A stretch of 64,000 nucleotides of DNA from an uncultured Chloroflexia bacterium (GCA_963813335.1 CAWEYL010000001.1:448001-512000), one strand, 5' to 3'. Positions 41,520 through 53,148 are shown, counted from the first letter of the stretch. The notes: generated from the letters alone by a model not told the origin. Numbers and translations are program-made.

Positions 41520-42805
41520 CCGCGACGGTGACGGACGGGCCCGAGCCGAGCGCGGCGTCCAAGCACGACCTGATCGAGGTCGAGGACCTCAAGGTCTACT
41601 TCCCGATCCGCTCGGGCATCTTCCAGCAGGCCGTCGGGTCGGTGAAGGCGGTCGACGGCGTCTCGTTCACCATCCGTCGCGGCGAGACGCTCGGGCTGGT
41701 CGGCGAGTCCGGCTGCGGCAAGAGCACGACCGGGCGCGCGCTGATCCGGCTGCGCGAGCCGACGGAGGGCAAGGTCACCTTCGACGGCGTCGACCTGATG
41801 AGCCTCAAGTCCGAGGGGCTGCGCAAGATGCGGCGCCGGATGCAGATCATCTTCCAGGACCCGTACGGCTCGCTCGACCCGCGGATGACGGTCGGCGCGA
41901 CCATCGCCGAGCCCATCGAGACGCACCACCTCGCCGACGGCGATGCCAAGCGGGAGCGGATCGCCGACCTGCTCCGCCTGGTCGGCCTCGACCCCACCTA
42001 CGTGTCGCGCTACCCGCACGAGTTCTCCGGCGGCCAGCGCCAGCGCATCGGCGTCGCGCGGGCCCTCGCCGTGGAGCCGGAGTTCATCGTCTGCGACGAG
42101 CCGATCTCCGCCCTCGACGTCTCGATCCAGGGGCAGGTCCTCAACCTGCTGACGGACCTCCGCCAGCGGCTGGGGCTCACCTACCTGTTCATCGCCCACG
42201 ACCTGTCGGTCGTCAAGCACATCAGCGACCGGGTCGCGGTGATGTACCTCGGCAAGATCGTGGAGATCGGTCCGCCGGACGAGGTCTATTCGGCGCCCGG
42301 CCATCCGTACACCCGGGCGCTGCTGTCCGCCGTCCCGGTGCCGGACCCCGCCGCCGAGCGCCGGCGCCGCCGGGTGATCCTCAAGGGCGACGTGCCCAGT
42401 CCCGTCAACCCGCCGTCGGGCTGCCGCTTCCACACCCGCTGCTGGCTGTACGAGCGGCTCGGGCAGCCCGAGACCTGCCGCACGGACGACCCGCAGCTGC
42501 GCGTGCTCGCGGGCGACCAGTCGGCGGCCTGTCATTTCGCCGAGGAAGCCCTCAAGACCGACGTCGGCATCGCCCACCTCCTGGACGAGCGGGTCCGCCG
42601 CGGGACGCCCGCTTCGGCCCTCGCGTCGCTGGCCGGGACGACCCCGATCGACCCGGGCCTGAGCGCGCCGGCCCTCGATCCGACGGCACTCGAGTCGCCG
42701 GCATCGGTGGGCGAGACCGGGGCGACGGAGATGCCCGAGGGTTTCGGCTACACGACGATGCTGCCCGAGTCGCCCGAGACCCGCGAGGACGACGCCGCCC
42801 GTTAG
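41516..42805 (+). CDS. oppF: Oligopeptide ABC ATPase with acidic C-terminal extension
   Basis: [27 protein letters not shown]. Confidence 0.92.
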
Positions 42806-43941
42806 GACGCCGGGCCGGCTCCAGCCGCCGCCCCGCCTGGCGCCACCCCGCCGAAGGCCGTTCCGGGCGCGCTGACGCCCCCAGGAGCCAGCGCGGCGAT
42901 CCCCTGGCCCCGGAAGTGGCAGGCGACGCGGTGATCGCCCGTCTCGGGCAGGAGCGGCGGGACCTCGTCGGCGCAGATCTGCGGTGCCCCGAGCTGCTCG
43001 CGCAGCGGGCAGCGCGGGTGGAACCGGCAGCCGGACGGCGGGTTCACCGGGCTCGGCACGTCACCGCGCAGGATGACCCGCGTGCGACGCATCGTCGGAT
43101 CCGGGATCGGGATCGCCGACATCAGGGCCTCGGTGTAGGGATGGTCCTGCTTCTCGAAGAGGGCCTGGCGGTCGGCGAGCTCGGCGATCCGGCCGAGATA
43201 CATCACGGCGACCCGGTCGCTGATGTGCTCGACGACGCCCATGTTGTGGGCGACGAACAGATAGGTCAGCCCGAGCTCGCGCTGGAGATTCTTGAGCAGG
43301 TTCAGGACCTGCGCCTGGATCGAGACGTCGAGCGCGGAGACCGGCTCGTCGCAGACGACGAGGTCCGGCTCCAGGACCAGCGCCCGAGCGATGCCGATGC
43401 GCTGCCGTTGGCCGCCCGAGAACTCGTGCGGGTAGCGCCTGGCCTGGTACTGCGGCAGGCCGACAAGATCCATCATCCGCCGGACCTTGGCGCGGCGCTC
43501 CTTGTCGGTCCCGAGCTCGTGGATGCGCAGCCCCTCGCCGATGCTGTCGCCGATCGGGGTCCGCGGGTCGAGGCTGGAGAACGGATCCTGGAAGATGATC
43601 TGCATCCGGCGCCGGTACGGCTTGAGCCCCGCCCCGCTGAGCTTGGTGATGTCGACGCCGTCGAACCGGATCGAGCCGCTGGTCGGCTCGATCAGGCGGA
43701 GCAGGAGGCGCCCGACCGTCGTCTTGCCGCAGCCGGACTCGCCGACGAGGCCCAGGGTCTCGCCACGGCGGATATCGAACGAGACGCCGTCGACGGCCTG
43801 GACCGTGCCGATGACCCGTTGCAGGATGCCGCCGCGGATGTCGAAGTGCTTGACGAGCCCGTGGACCTCGACGAGCGGGCGCTCGGCCGCGCCCGCAGCC
43901 GGGGCCATGGTGCTGCCCATGGGGACCGACCCGACCGTCAC
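42802..43941 (-). CDS. dppF: Dipeptide ABC ATPase
   Basis: [23 protein letters not shown]. Confidence 0.92.
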   Translation of the reverse strand: MTVGSVPMGSTMAPAAGAAERPLVEVHGLVKHFDIRGGILQRVIGTVQAVDGVSFDIRRGETLGLVGESGCGKTTVGRLLLRLIEPTSGSIRFDGVDITKLSGAGLKPYRRRMQIIFQDPFSSLDPRTPIGDSIGEGLRIHELGTDKERRAKVRRMMDLVGLPQYQARRYPHEFSGGQRQRIGIARALVLEPDLVVCDEPVSALDVSIQAQVLNLLKNLQRELGLTYLFVAHNMGVVEHISDRVAVMYLGRIAELADRQALFEKQDHPYTEALMSAIPIPDPTMRRTRVILRGDVPSPVNPPSGCRFHPRCPLREQLGAPQICADEVPPLLPETGDHRVACHFRGQGIAALAPGGVSAPGTAFGGVAPGGAAAGAGPAS

Positions 43942-45092
43942 GGCGCGCCCGTCCCGGCGGCCGGCGTGTCCGGGCGGGGCAGGAGGTTGCCCTCGGCGTC
44001 GTGGTAGAGCCAGCAGCGCACCCGATGGTCCGCGCTCAGCGGCCGCAGCTCCGGGTGGAGTTCCGTGGCCAGCTTGACGTCGAACCGCTCGCGGGTCGTG
44101 CAGCGCGGGGCGAACCGGCAGCCCTGCGGCAGGTCGATGAGGTTGGGCACGTTGCCGGGGATGACCGCCAGCTCGTCGGTCACGTGGCCGACGACCGGGA
44201 TGGAGCCGATGAGGCCCTGCGTGTACGGGTGCGAAGGCTGACGGAAGAGCGTCGTGACGTCGGTCTCCTCGACGATCTCGCCCGCGTACATGACCGCGAC
44301 GCGGTCGCACATCTCGGCGACGACGCCCAGGTCGTGGGTGATGAGGATGATCGCGGTCCCCGTCTCGTCGCGCAGCGCCCGCATGAGGTCCAGGATCTGC
44401 GCCTGGATCGTGACGTCGAGCGCGGTCGTGGGCTCGTCCGCGATCAACAGCTCGGGCTCGCAGGCGAGGGCCATCGCGATCATGATCCGCTGGGCCATCC
44501 CGCCGGACATCTCGTGCGGGAACGCCTTCAGCCGGCGTTCGGGGTCCGGGATCCCGACCATCCGCAGGAGCTCGACGGAGCGGGCGTGGGCCGCCTTGCC
44601 CTTCATGCCCCGGTGGATGCGCAGCACCTCGTCGATCTGGCGCCCGACCGACCAGACCGGGTTCAGCGACGACGTCGGCTGCTGGAAGACCATGCTGATG
44701 CGGTCGCCGCGGAGCTTGCGCATCTCCTCGTCCGAGAGGGTCAGCAGGTCGCGCCCGTCGAACTCGATGGTGCCGCTCTCGATCTTGCCGGGTGCCGCCA
44801 CCAGCCGCATGATCGACAGGCTGGTCACGCTCTTGCCGCAGCCGGACTCGCCGACGAGGCCGACGATCTCGCCGCGGTCCACGCGGAAGTCGATGCCGTC
44901 GACCGCGCGGACGAGGCCGTCGCGGGTGTGGAAGCTCGTGTGCAGGCCCTTGATCTCGAGCAGCGGCCGATCGCCCCGCTCGCGCTTGACGCGGCGCTTC
45001 GAGGCGGGGACCAGCTCCTCGATGACGGTCTCGTCGAGGCTGGCGCCCAGGGTCGCGACGGCGGGCTCGTCGGGGCTCGTCGGCGTCGTCAT
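43938..45092 (-). CDS. dppD: Dipeptide ABC ATPase
   Basis: [25 protein letters not shown]. Confidence 0.92.
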   Translation of the reverse strand: MTTPTSPDEPAVATLGASLDETVIEELVPASKRRVKRERGDRPLLEIKGLHTSFHTRDGLVRAVDGIDFRVDRGEIVGLVGESGCGKSVTSLSIMRLVAAPGKIESGTIEFDGRDLLTLSDEEMRKLRGDRISMVFQQPTSSLNPVWSVGRQIDEVLRIHRGMKGKAAHARSVELLRMVGIPDPERRLKAFPHEMSGGMAQRIMIAMALACEPELLIADEPTTALDVTIQAQILDLMRALRDETGTAIILITHDLGVVAEMCDRVAVMYAGEIVEETDVTTLFRQPSHPYTQGLIGSIPVVGHVTDELAVIPGNVPNLIDLPQGCRFAPRCTTRERFDVKLATELHPELRPLSADHRVRCWLYHDAEGNLLPRPDTPAAGTGAP

Positions 45093-46033
45093 CGGTTCAG
45101 GCGCGGGTCGAGGGCGTCGCGCAGCCCGTCGCCGAGGAGGTTGAACCCCAGCACGGTCAGGGTGATGGCCATGCCCGGGAAGAAGATGAGGTGCGGCGCC
45201 GAGAAGAACAGGTTGCGGTCGAAGCCGATCATGGAGCCCCACTCCGCCTGCGGCTGCTGGGCGCCGAGGCCCAGGAACGAGAGAGCGGCGACCTCGAGGA
45301 TGGCGCCGCCGATGCCGAGCGTCCCCTGCACGATGAGCGGCGTCAGCGAGTTGGGCAGGATGCGCCGGCTCAGGATCCCCCGCGACGACTCGCCCAACGC
45401 GCGCGACGCGGTGACGTACTCGCGCTCGCGCGTGCTGATCACCGAGCCGCGCATGACCCGGGCATAGACCGGGATCGACACGATCGCGATCGCGATCATG
45501 GCCTGGTACAGCCCCGGGCCGAGCACGGTCACGATCGCGATGGCCAGGATCAGGGCAGGGAACGCCAGCACGACGTCCAGGGTGCGCATGACGATGTTGT
45601 CGGTGCGGCCGCCGGCGAACCCCGCGATGGCGCCGAGGACGGTCCCGATCAGGATCGCGACCCCGACCGTCAGGATGCCGATCTGGAGCGACGCCTGGGC
45701 TCCGAAGACGACGCGGCTGAACTCGTCCCGCAGGTTCGAATCGAGACCCATGATGTGCTGCGGCTGATCGGCAGGGCAGCCCAGGATGTGGATGCATGGC
45801 GGCTGACCACGCCTCACCCCGGTCTCGCCGGCGTCGAGCATCGACAGGTACGGGTCGAACGGCGCGATGATCGGCGCGAAGACCGCCACGATGACCAGCG
45901 AGATCAGGATGATCAGCCCGATCACGGCCGACCGCTGGCGTAGGACGTTCCGGGCCGTGTCGCGGCGCAGGCTGGCGGCGCGCTCCGGGCGCTCCGGCCC
46001 GGTCGCGTCGATCGGCTGCTCGATGACGGTCAT
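45089..46033 (-). CDS. dppC: Dipeptide ABC permease
   Basis: [26 protein letters not shown]. Confidence 0.92.
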   Translation of the reverse strand: MTVIEQPIDATGPERPERAASLRRDTARNVLRQRSAVIGLIILISLVIVAVFAPIIAPFDPYLSMLDAGETGVRRGQPPCIHILGCPADQPQHIMGLDSNLRDEFSRVVFGAQASLQIGILTVGVAILIGTVLGAIAGFAGGRTDNIVMRTLDVVLAFPALILAIAIVTVLGPGLYQAMIAIAIVSIPVYARVMRGSVISTREREYVTASRALGESSRGILSRRILPNSLTPLIVQGTLGIGGAILEVAALSFLGLGAQQPQAEWGSMIGFDRNLFFSAPHLIFFPGMAITLTVLGFNLLGDGLRDALDPRLNR

Positions 46034-47106
46034 TCGAGCCGGATCCGCGGGTCGAGGAAGGCGTACGAGACGTCGACCACCAGGTTCACCACAACGTAGA
46101 TCACGGCGACCACGATCGTCGCGCCCTGGATGACGCTGTAGTCGCGTCCCTCGATCGATTCGACCAGGGTCTGGCCCATCCCGGTCAGGCTGAAGATCGT
46201 CTCCGTGAGGATCGCGCCCGACAGGAGCGCGCCGAGCGAGAGGCCGATGACGGTCACGACCGGGAGCATGGCGTTGCGCATGCCGTGGCGGAGCACGACC
46301 GAGCGCTCCTTCACGCCCTTCGCCCGAGCGGTCCGCACGAAGTCGAGCCCGAGGACCTCGAGCAGGCTCGAGCGGGTCATCCGGGCGATGATCGCGAGCG
46401 GGATGGTCCCGACCGCGATGGCCGGCAGGATGAGGTGCCGGAAGGCGTCGGTGAAGAGCTTCCCGTCCAGCGTGAGGATGGCGTGGAGGATGTACATCCT
46501 CGAGATGAAGTCCAGGATCGTCCGCGGTAAGCCGGACCAGTCTTCCAGGCCCCACTGCGTCGCGAGTGGGATCACCGTCACGCCGGGCGTCAGCCGCCCT
46601 GATGGGGGCAAGGCGAACGGCGTGCCCTTCAGAAGCACGGCGAACACGAACGCCAGGATGAGGCCGAGGACGAAGACCGGGATCGAGACGCCGATGTTGG
46701 CGATGATCATGGTGCCGACATCGGCCGGGGAGTTCCGTCGGATGGCCGAGACCAGGCCGAGGAGCAGCCCCAGGATCGACGCGAAGATGAGGGCGGCCAC
46801 GGTCAGCTCGACGGTCGTGGGCAGCCGCTCGAGGAGCACGTCGGCCACGGGGCGGCCGAACTTGAGCGACATCCCGAGGTCGCCGGTCAGCAGCCCGCCG
46901 AGGTAGACGACGAACTGCTGGTAGATCGGGAGGTCGAGCCCCCAGCGGTGGTTGAAGGCATCGCAGACTTCCTGGGTCGCCTTCTCGCCGTAGGTCGCCA
47001 CGCACGGGTCGCCGGGGATGACCCGGGCCAGCGCGAAGACGAGCACGACCACGCCGAACAGCACGGGGATGCTGAGGAGCAGCCGACGGACGACGAAGCG
47101 GGTCAC
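46030..47106 (-). CDS. dppB: Dipeptide ABC permease
   Basis: PGDP, HLILPA, DFVRTARAKG, LDPRI. Confidence 0.92.
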   Translation of the reverse strand: MTRFVVRRLLLSIPVLFGVVVLVFALARVIPGDPCVATYGEKATQEVCDAFNHRWGLDLPIYQQFVVYLGGLLTGDLGMSLKFGRPVADVLLERLPTTVELTVAALIFASILGLLLGLVSAIRRNSPADVGTMIIANIGVSIPVFVLGLILAFVFAVLLKGTPFALPPSGRLTPGVTVIPLATQWGLEDWSGLPRTILDFISRMYILHAILTLDGKLFTDAFRHLILPAIAVGTIPLAIIARMTRSSLLEVLGLDFVRTARAKGVKERSVVLRHGMRNAMLPVVTVIGLSLGALLSGAILTETIFSLTGMGQTLVESIEGRDYSVIQGATIVVAVIYVVVNLVVDVSYAFLDPRIRLE

Positions 47107-47145
47107 GGGATCACGGTACCCCTGGACCTGGGCCTGCTAGCAAAG

Positions 47146-47178
47146 GACCGCCCGGAGCACGTGGTGCCCCGGGCGGTC
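47146..47178 (-). terminator. Intercistronic hairpin after dppA
   Basis: GACCGCCCGG..CCGGGCGGTC inverted repeat. Confidence 0.55.
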
Positions 47179-47194
47179 GGATTACTGGTCGCGG

Positions 47195-48946
47195 TTACGA
47201 AGCGGGCGGGTTCAGGAACCCACCGAACAGGCTCGAGAAGTAGGTGAAGTCGCCGGTCCGGCCCTTGTGGAGCTTGTTGGCGGCGTCCCACTGCACGGCG
47301 AACGACGTCACGACGTCATCCGCATCGAACGACGACCCGTCATGGAACGTCACGCCGGACTTCAGCGTGCAGGTCCACTGGGTGAAGTCGGCGTTCGCCT
47401 CGCACTTGTCGGCCAGGACCGGGATCGCGGCGGTGCCGCCGATCTCGTAGCCGTACAGCCCTTCCATGGTCTGGTCGCAGGCCCGGAGGGCCTCGCCATC
47501 GGTCTCGTCGGCGCAGTAGAGGCCGCCGGGCTCGCCGTTCTGGCTGAACACGAGCTGCGTGCGGTCGCCCGCCTTCATGACCGAGAACTGCTCGTTCGTC
47601 AGCGGCGACGAGTGCGCCCCCACGACGTCCGCGCGCCAGGCCGTGGCCGAACCGCCGTGGGCGATCGGGATCATCGGCACGTGCTGCTTGATCAGCTCAT
47701 TGGCCTTGGTGTACGCCGGCTCGCGCGCGGCGTCGCTGGTGCCCTTGGCACCCTCGTCGAGAGCGGCCACGAGATCCGGGTACTTGTCGCCGAACTGCTT
47801 CGACGCGCCGGCCCCGAAGTGGTAGCCCACGAAGTTGGTCTGGTCGGGATAGTCCGCGCCCCAGCCCAGCATCTGGATGCCGTCGAGGAGGCCCTTGGCG
47901 GCGCTGTCGAGGTAGGTCGTGTTGTCCTGCGGGTCGAGCTTGACGGTGATGCCGAGATTGTTCTTCAGCTGGGCCTGGATCTCCGTCGCGATGACGGGCG
48001 GATCCGGGAGGTAGCCGCGGACCGCCGGGCGGTAGTGCAGCTTGTAGGTCTTGCTGAAGTCGAAGCCGGCGGCGGTGAGCTCGGCCTTGGCCGCGGTCGC
48101 GTCGAAGTCGTACCACTTCGGACCGACGCACCCGTTCGGGATGGCGCACGGGGTGAAGTAGTCGGCGACTTCCGAGCCGCCCGGGTAGAAGGTGTCGACG
48201 ATGCGCTTGCGGTCGATGCCCTTCGCGATCGCCTGGCGGACCTTCTCGTTGTCCCACGGCTTGAACGTGTTGTTGAAGCCGAGGTAGAAGACGTTGAGGC
48301 CGGTGCGCGGCTTGAGCGCCAGGTTCGAGTCGCCGCTGACGGTCGCGAAGTCGGTCGGGCCGACGTTGTCGATGCCGTCGACGGTCCCGGCCTGCAGCTC
48401 GACGAGCCGCTGGGCCGCTTCCTTGTTCCAGCGCAGGATGGCGGTCGGGGTCAGGGCCTTGGTGCCCCAGTACCCGTCGTACGCCTCATACGTGACGTCC
48501 TGGCCGCGGTTCCACGCCTTGAGCTTGTAGGCGCCGGTCCCGTTGACCTCGGAGACGATCTTCTGGCCCTCGGTGACGGCCGGATCGATGTGGCTGGCCA
48601 GCCAGCCGGCGTCGTTGATCGCGAACGAGCTGAACGCGATCTTCGAGAGGAACGCCACGTCGGAGCCGCAGAGGTCGAAGATGACCGTGCGGGCGTCCGG
48701 GGCGCTGATCTTCTTGAACTCGCCGGCGTACGGAGCCACTCCGCAGGGAGCCTCGCCCGTCTCCGGGTAGTTGATGGCGGTGAACGCCGGCGCGCTGGCG
48801 CTGGCACTCGCCGCGGCGGACGCCGATGGGGCGGCGGCCGATGCGCTCGGCGCGGTGCTGGCGGTCGAACCGCCGCAGGCCGCGAAGACGATCGCCGCTG
48901 TCGCGGCCAAGACCGCGATCGACGACCACCTCGATGATCGAGTCAT
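47195..48946 (-). CDS. dppA: Dipeptide-binding lipoprotein, circularly permuted family-5 SBP
   Basis: Lipobox FAAC; GTGAYK..W and GWGADYPD; the usual N-terminal block (EGL..PVLA..WTCTLKSGVTFHDG..DADDV) is at the C-terminus. Confidence 0.88.
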   Translation of the reverse strand: MTRSSRWSSIAVLAATAAIVFAACGGSTASTAPSASAAAPSASAAASASASAPAFTAINYPETGEAPCGVAPYAGEFKKISAPDARTVIFDLCGSDVAFLSKIAFSSFAINDAGWLASHIDPAVTEGQKIVSEVNGTGAYKLKAWNRGQDVTYEAYDGYWGTKALTPTAILRWNKEAAQRLVELQAGTVDGIDNVGPTDFATVSGDSNLALKPRTGLNVFYLGFNNTFKPWDNEKVRQAIAKGIDRKRIVDTFYPGGSEVADYFTPCAIPNGCVGPKWYDFDATAAKAELTAAGFDFSKTYKLHYRPAVRGYLPDPPVIATEIQAQLKNNLGITVKLDPQDNTTYLDSAAKGLLDGIQMLGWGADYPDQTNFVGYHFGAGASKQFGDKYPDLVAALDEGAKGTSDAAREPAYTKANELIKQHVPMIPIAHGGSATAWRADVVGAHSSPLTNEQFSVMKAGDRTQLVFSQNGEPGGLYCADETDGEALRACDQTMEGLYGYEIGGTAAIPVLADKCEANADFTQWTCTLKSGVTFHDGSSFDADDVVTSFAVQWDAANKLHKGRTGDFTYFSSLFGGFLNPPAS

Positions 48947-49114
48947 CCTCGCTAACTCCTCCTCTGAGCCCCCTTGCCCGGACGCTGCCTCCCTGTCCGG
49001 GCTCCTGGGGCGGGGCACGCCCACGCTGGCCTCGTACGAGGCCTTGGGTGCGCGCAGCCTAGCACTGGCGACGAGCCGCGTCACCCCGTCAGACGCGGCG
49101 CGTATGCTCCAACG

Positions 49115-50113
49115 ATGCAGCCGTCGCTCACGATCGCCCTCGCCCAGATCGCCCCTCGCCTGGGCGACCTCGACGCGAATCTCGACCGCCACCACGCCCT
49201 GCTCGACGAGGCCCGTGCCGGCGGGGCGGCGCTCGTGGTCTTCCCGGAGCTCGGGCTGACCGGCTACCAGTTGCAGGACCTCGCCAGCGAGGTCGCGATG
49301 CGCCTCGACGACCCGCGCCTGGCGACGCTCGCGGGGGCGACCGACGGGCTGTCGGCGATCGTCTCCTTCGTCGAGGAATCGGCGGACCATCGCCTGTTCA
49401 TCGCGGCCGCCCTGCTGGAGGACGGCGAGATCCGGCACGTCCACCGCAAGGTCTACCTGCCCACCTACGGCCTGTTCGACGAACGCCGGTTCTTCGCGGC
49501 CGGCGACATACTGCGGGCCGTGCCGTCCCGCCTGGGGGTCGGGATCGGGATCGGCATCTGCGAGGACTTCTGGCATCTCGGCGTGCCGGAGACGCTGGCG
49601 CTCGATGGCGCCCAGGTCCTCATCAACGTCTCGTCGTCGCCCGGGCGGGACCTCGCGGCCACGAACGAGGTCGGCCTCGGCACGGCGACGTCGTGGCGGA
49701 CCCTCATGCGCGCGTACGCCCAGCTGACGACGTCGTTCGTGGTGTTCTGCAACCGCGTCGGGGTCGACGAGTCCATCTCCTTCTGGGGCGGCTCCGAGGT
49801 GATCGGCCCGAACGGCGCGCCCGTCTTCAGCGCCCCGCTCTACGACGAGGGCCTGTTCACCGTGACGATCGCGGCGGGGGACATCCGACGCGAGCGCATC
49901 GCGCTCCCGCTCCTGCGCGACGAACGCCCCGAGCTCCACGTCCGCGAGCTCTCGAGGATCGTCGCGGAGCGGGCCGGCCTGATGTCCGACCGGACGGCCG
50001 ACCCCGAGGCCGAGCCAGGCCTCGACGTGGCGCCCGAGCTGCCGCCCCCGCACCCGATCGGCTTCGGGTCCGAAGGGGAGCGGACCGCGCGCCCCACCGG
50101 CACGGATCGGTGA
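49115..50113 (+). CDS. Nitrilase-family glutaminase subunit of NAD synthetase
   Basis: VFPELGLTGY, HRKVYLPTYGLFDE, ICEDFW (E-K-C triad); overlaps the nadE start. Confidence 0.88.
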   Translation: MQPSLTIALAQIAPRLGDLDANLDRHHALLDEARAGGAALVVFPELGLTGYQLQDLASEVAMRLDDPRLATLAGATDGLSAIVSFVEESADHRLFIAAALLEDGEIRHVHRKVYLPTYGLFDERRFFAAGDILRAVPSRLGVGIGIGICEDFWHLGVPETLALDGAQVLINVSSSPGRDLAATNEVGLGTATSWRTLMRAYAQLTTSFVVFCNRVGVDESISFWGGSEVIGPNGAPVFSAPLYDEGLFTVTIAAGDIRRERIALPLLRDERPELHVRELSRIVAERAGLMSDRTADPEAEPGLDVAPELPPPHPIGFGSEGERTARPTGTDR

Positions 50114-51000
50114 GCGCGTCCCGGCCGGCCAAGGCGCCGGCAGCGCCGGCGCCCCCGTTCGAGATGCCCGACGAGCTGGCCATCGACACGACCGTCGCGC
50201 GGCGGGTCGTCGGCGAGTTCATCCGCAGCCAGCTCCGTCAGGCGGGGTTCGAGCGGGCGGTCCTCGGCCTGTCGGGTGGCATCGACTCCGCCCTCGTCGC
50301 GTACCTCGTCGCCGAGGCCATCGGTCCCGAGCGGCTGCTGTGCGTGCTGCTGCCGTACCGCACGTCGTCGCCGGCGTCGCGGGCCGACGCCGAGGCGGTC
50401 GTCGCCGGCCTGGGCGCGCCATCCGAGCTCGTCGACATCAGCCCGATGGTCGACGGCTACTTCGACGGCGACCCGGACGCGAGCGCCCTCCGACGCGGCA
50501 ACTTCATGGCCCGCCAGCGCATGGCCGTGCTGTACGACCGCTCGGTGACCTGGGGTGGGCTCGTGGTGGGGACCGGCAACAAGACCGAGTCGCTCATCGG
50601 CTACACGACGCTCTTCGGCGATTCGGCCTGTGCGTTCAACCCGATCGGCGATCTGTACAAGACCCAGGTCCGCCAGCTGGCCGCGGCGATCGGCGTCCCC
50701 GACGCGATCCTGCGCAAGGCCCCGTCGGCGGACCTGTGGCCGGGCCAGACCGACGAGATCGAGGGCGGCTTCAGCTACCCGGAGCTCGACCGGCTGCTCT
50801 TCTGGCGCATCGACAAGCGGCGCTCGACCGAGGAGATGACGGGGCTCGGCTTCGACCCCGTCGCGGTCGAGCGGGTCGACCGGATGGTCGCCGGCGCCGA
50901 GTTCAAGCGACAGGTCCCGCCGATCGCCAAGCTCGGGCCGCGGACCGCGGGCGTGGACTACCTCTATCCGCGCCGCCGCCCGGGCTCCGCGCGCGGGTGA
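50110..51000 (+). CDS. nadE: NAD+ synthetase subunit
   Basis: GLSGGIDS, GNFMARQRM, GTGNKTE, KAPSADL. Confidence 0.95.
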   Translation: MSASRPAKAPAAPAPPFEMPDELAIDTTVARRVVGEFIRSQLRQAGFERAVLGLSGGIDSALVAYLVAEAIGPERLLCVLLPYRTSSPASRADAEAVVAGLGAPSELVDISPMVDGYFDGDPDASALRRGNFMARQRMAVLYDRSVTWGGLVVGTGNKTESLIGYTTLFGDSACAFNPIGDLYKTQVRQLAAAIGVPDAILRKAPSADLWPGQTDEIEGGFSYPELDRLLFWRIDKRRSTEEMTGLGFDPVAVERVDRMVAGAEFKRQVPPIAKLGPRTAGVDYLYPRRRPGSARG

Positions 51001-51875
51001 GCGAACCCGGGGGCACCCTGTACGTGGTCGCCACCCCGATCGGCAACCTCGGCGACATCACCCTTCGGGCGCTGGAGGTCCTGCGGGCCGTGCCGCTGAT
51101 CGCCGCCGAGGACACGCGGCACACGCAGCGCCTGCTGGCCCGCCACGGCATCGAGACCAGGATGACGAGCTATCACGCGCGGAGCGGACCGGCGCGGGCG
51201 GTCGCGCTGCTGGAGCACCTGCGCGGCGGCGCGGACCTCGCGCTGGTCACCGATGCCGGGACCCCGGCCGTCAGCGACCCCGGCGGCGAGCTGGTCGCGG
51301 CGTGGGCGGGCGAGGGCGGGACCGTGGTGCCGCTGCCCGGGGCGTCGGCGGTGCTGGCGGCCGTCGCCGGGTCCGGCGTGGCGGGGCCGCGCTGGACGTT
51401 CGAGGGCTTCCTGCCGCGCTCCGGTCGCGAGCGCCGCGAGCGCCTGGCGCGGATCGCCGGCGATGGCCGCGGGGCGATCGTGTACGAGGCGCCCGGCCGC
51501 GTGGTGTCGACCCTGGTTGACCTCGCCGCGGCCTGCGGCGGGACCCGGGCCGGGGCGGTCTGCCGCGAACTGACCAAGCTCCACGAATCGATCGTCCGCG
51601 GGACGCTGGACGAGCTGGCGGCGGCGGCCGCGGACGGGCGCATCCCGGCCCGCGGCGAGTTCGTGCTCGTGATCGGCCCAGGGGACGGTGCGGCCGCCAC
51701 GGGGGAGTCCGTCCCGGACGGGGTCATGGCCGAGGACGCGCGCCTTGCCGCGGCCCTGGCCGAGGTCGAGCGGCTCGTGGCGGGCGGCGCCGCCCGCGGC
51801 GACGCCGCGCGTCGTGTGGCAGCGGCGAGCGGCATCCCCCGGCGCCGGCTCTACAACGCCGAGCGGCTCGGCTAG
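50997..51875 (+). CDS. rsmI: 16S rRNA C1402 2'-O-methyltransferase
   Basis: LYVVATPIGNLGDIT, AEDTR, DAGTP..SDPG, RELTKLHE. Confidence 0.96.
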   Translation: MSEPGGTLYVVATPIGNLGDITLRALEVLRAVPLIAAEDTRHTQRLLARHGIETRMTSYHARSGPARAVALLEHLRGGADLALVTDAGTPAVSDPGGELVAAWAGEGGTVVPLPGASAVLAAVAGSGVAGPRWTFEGFLPRSGRERRERLARIAGDGRGAIVYEAPGRVVSTLVDLAAACGGTRAGAVCRELTKLHESIVRGTLDELAAAAADGRIPARGEFVLVIGPGDGAAATGESVPDGVMAEDARLAAALAEVERLVAGGAARGDAARRVAAASGIPRRRLYNAERLG

Positions 51876-51884
51876 CATCGCGCC

Positions 51885-53009
51885 ATGACCGCCGCGGCCG
51901 GGACCCCAGCGGGTCGCTCCGGGATCCCGATCCTCGGACAGCTCTCGGTGACGGCCAGGCTGGCCGTCCTCGGGACGGTCGCCGTGAGCGTCGTCGCGAT
52001 CCTCCTCGAGGTCGCCGGTGCCGACAAGACTGTCATCTTCGTGGTGGCCGCGGCCGCGATCCTGGGCCTCGCCTGGGTCGTCGGCCTGTCCACCGAGCGG
52101 CTCGGGTCGCTGACCGGGCCGCAGGTCGGCGGGATCCTCAACGCGACGTTCGGCAACATCGCCGAGCTGATCATCTCGTTCTTCGCCCTGCAGGCCGGCC
52201 TCATCGAGGTCGTGAAGGCCTCGCTGACCGGTTCGATCATCGGCAACCTGCTGCTCGTGCTCGGCGCGAGCGTGCTGCTCGGCGGACTGCGCCACGGGAC
52301 CCAGACGTTCAGCCCGAAGATCGCGGGGTCGAACGCGGCGCTGCTCGTGGTCGCGCTCATCGGGCTGTTCGTCCCGGCGGTCTTCGCCGCGACCTCGAGC
52401 GACGCCGGCGCGGGGACGCTGACCGAGGAATCGGTGCTGGTCGCGATCGCCCTGATCGTGGGCTACGGGCTGTCGCTGGTCTACCAGTTCTCGAACCCGT
52501 CACAGACGCTCGGCGGGCACGGGGAGCCCGCGGGCCATGCCGGCCCGATGTGGACCGGTCGCCAGGCGATCCTCGTACTGCTCCTGACCGCGGCGCTGCT
52601 CGCCGTGCTCTCGGAGATCCTGGTCGACTCGATCACGACCTTCACCGACACGCTCGGGCTCTCGTTCTTCTTCGTCGGCGTCGTGATCATCCCGACGATC
52701 GGCAACCTGGCCGAGCACCTCGTCGCCGTCCAGCTGGCGCTCAAGGACAAGATGGAGTTCGCGATGGCCGTGACCTACGGGTCCAGCCTGCAGGTCGCGC
52801 TCTTCGTCGCGCCGGTGCTGGTGCTCCTCGGTGTCGTCATCGGCCAGCCGATGAACCTGGTCTTCACGCCGCTCGAGGTCGCCGCGGTCGCGGCGGCCGT
52901 CGGGATCAGTGCGCTGATCGCCCTCGACGGCGAGTCGAACTGGCTCGAAGGGGCGCTGCTGATGCTCGTCTACGTGATCCTGGCGGTCTCGTTCTTCGAG
53001 TTCGTCTGA
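51885..53009 (+). CDS. cax: Ca2+/H+ antiporter
   Basis: NATFGNIAE, GSIIGNLL, GNLAEH, GSSLQVAL. Confidence 0.92.
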   Translation: MTAAAGTPAGRSGIPILGQLSVTARLAVLGTVAVSVVAILLEVAGADKTVIFVVAAAAILGLAWVVGLSTERLGSLTGPQVGGILNATFGNIAELIISFFALQAGLIEVVKASLTGSIIGNLLLVLGASVLLGGLRHGTQTFSPKIAGSNAALLVVALIGLFVPAVFAATSSDAGAGTLTEESVLVAIALIVGYGLSLVYQFSNPSQTLGGHGEPAGHAGPMWTGRQAILVLLLTAALLAVLSEILVDSITTFTDTLGLSFFFVGVVIIPTIGNLAEHLVAVQLALKDKMEFAMAVTYGSSLQVALFVAPVLVLLGVVIGQPMNLVFTPLEVAAVAAAVGISALIALDGESNWLEGALLMLVYVILAVSFFEFV

Positions 53010-53148
53010 CGCCGACGGCAAAACGGGCCGTGCGCCTCTTGGCGGGGCGCGCCCGACGGCGTATCCCGTCATGTGAGCCGGGAGTCCCCCGGCGCAGCCC
53101 AGGCGCCCGACCCGGGCGCCGGTCCCCGACCGGGGACAAGGAGGCACC

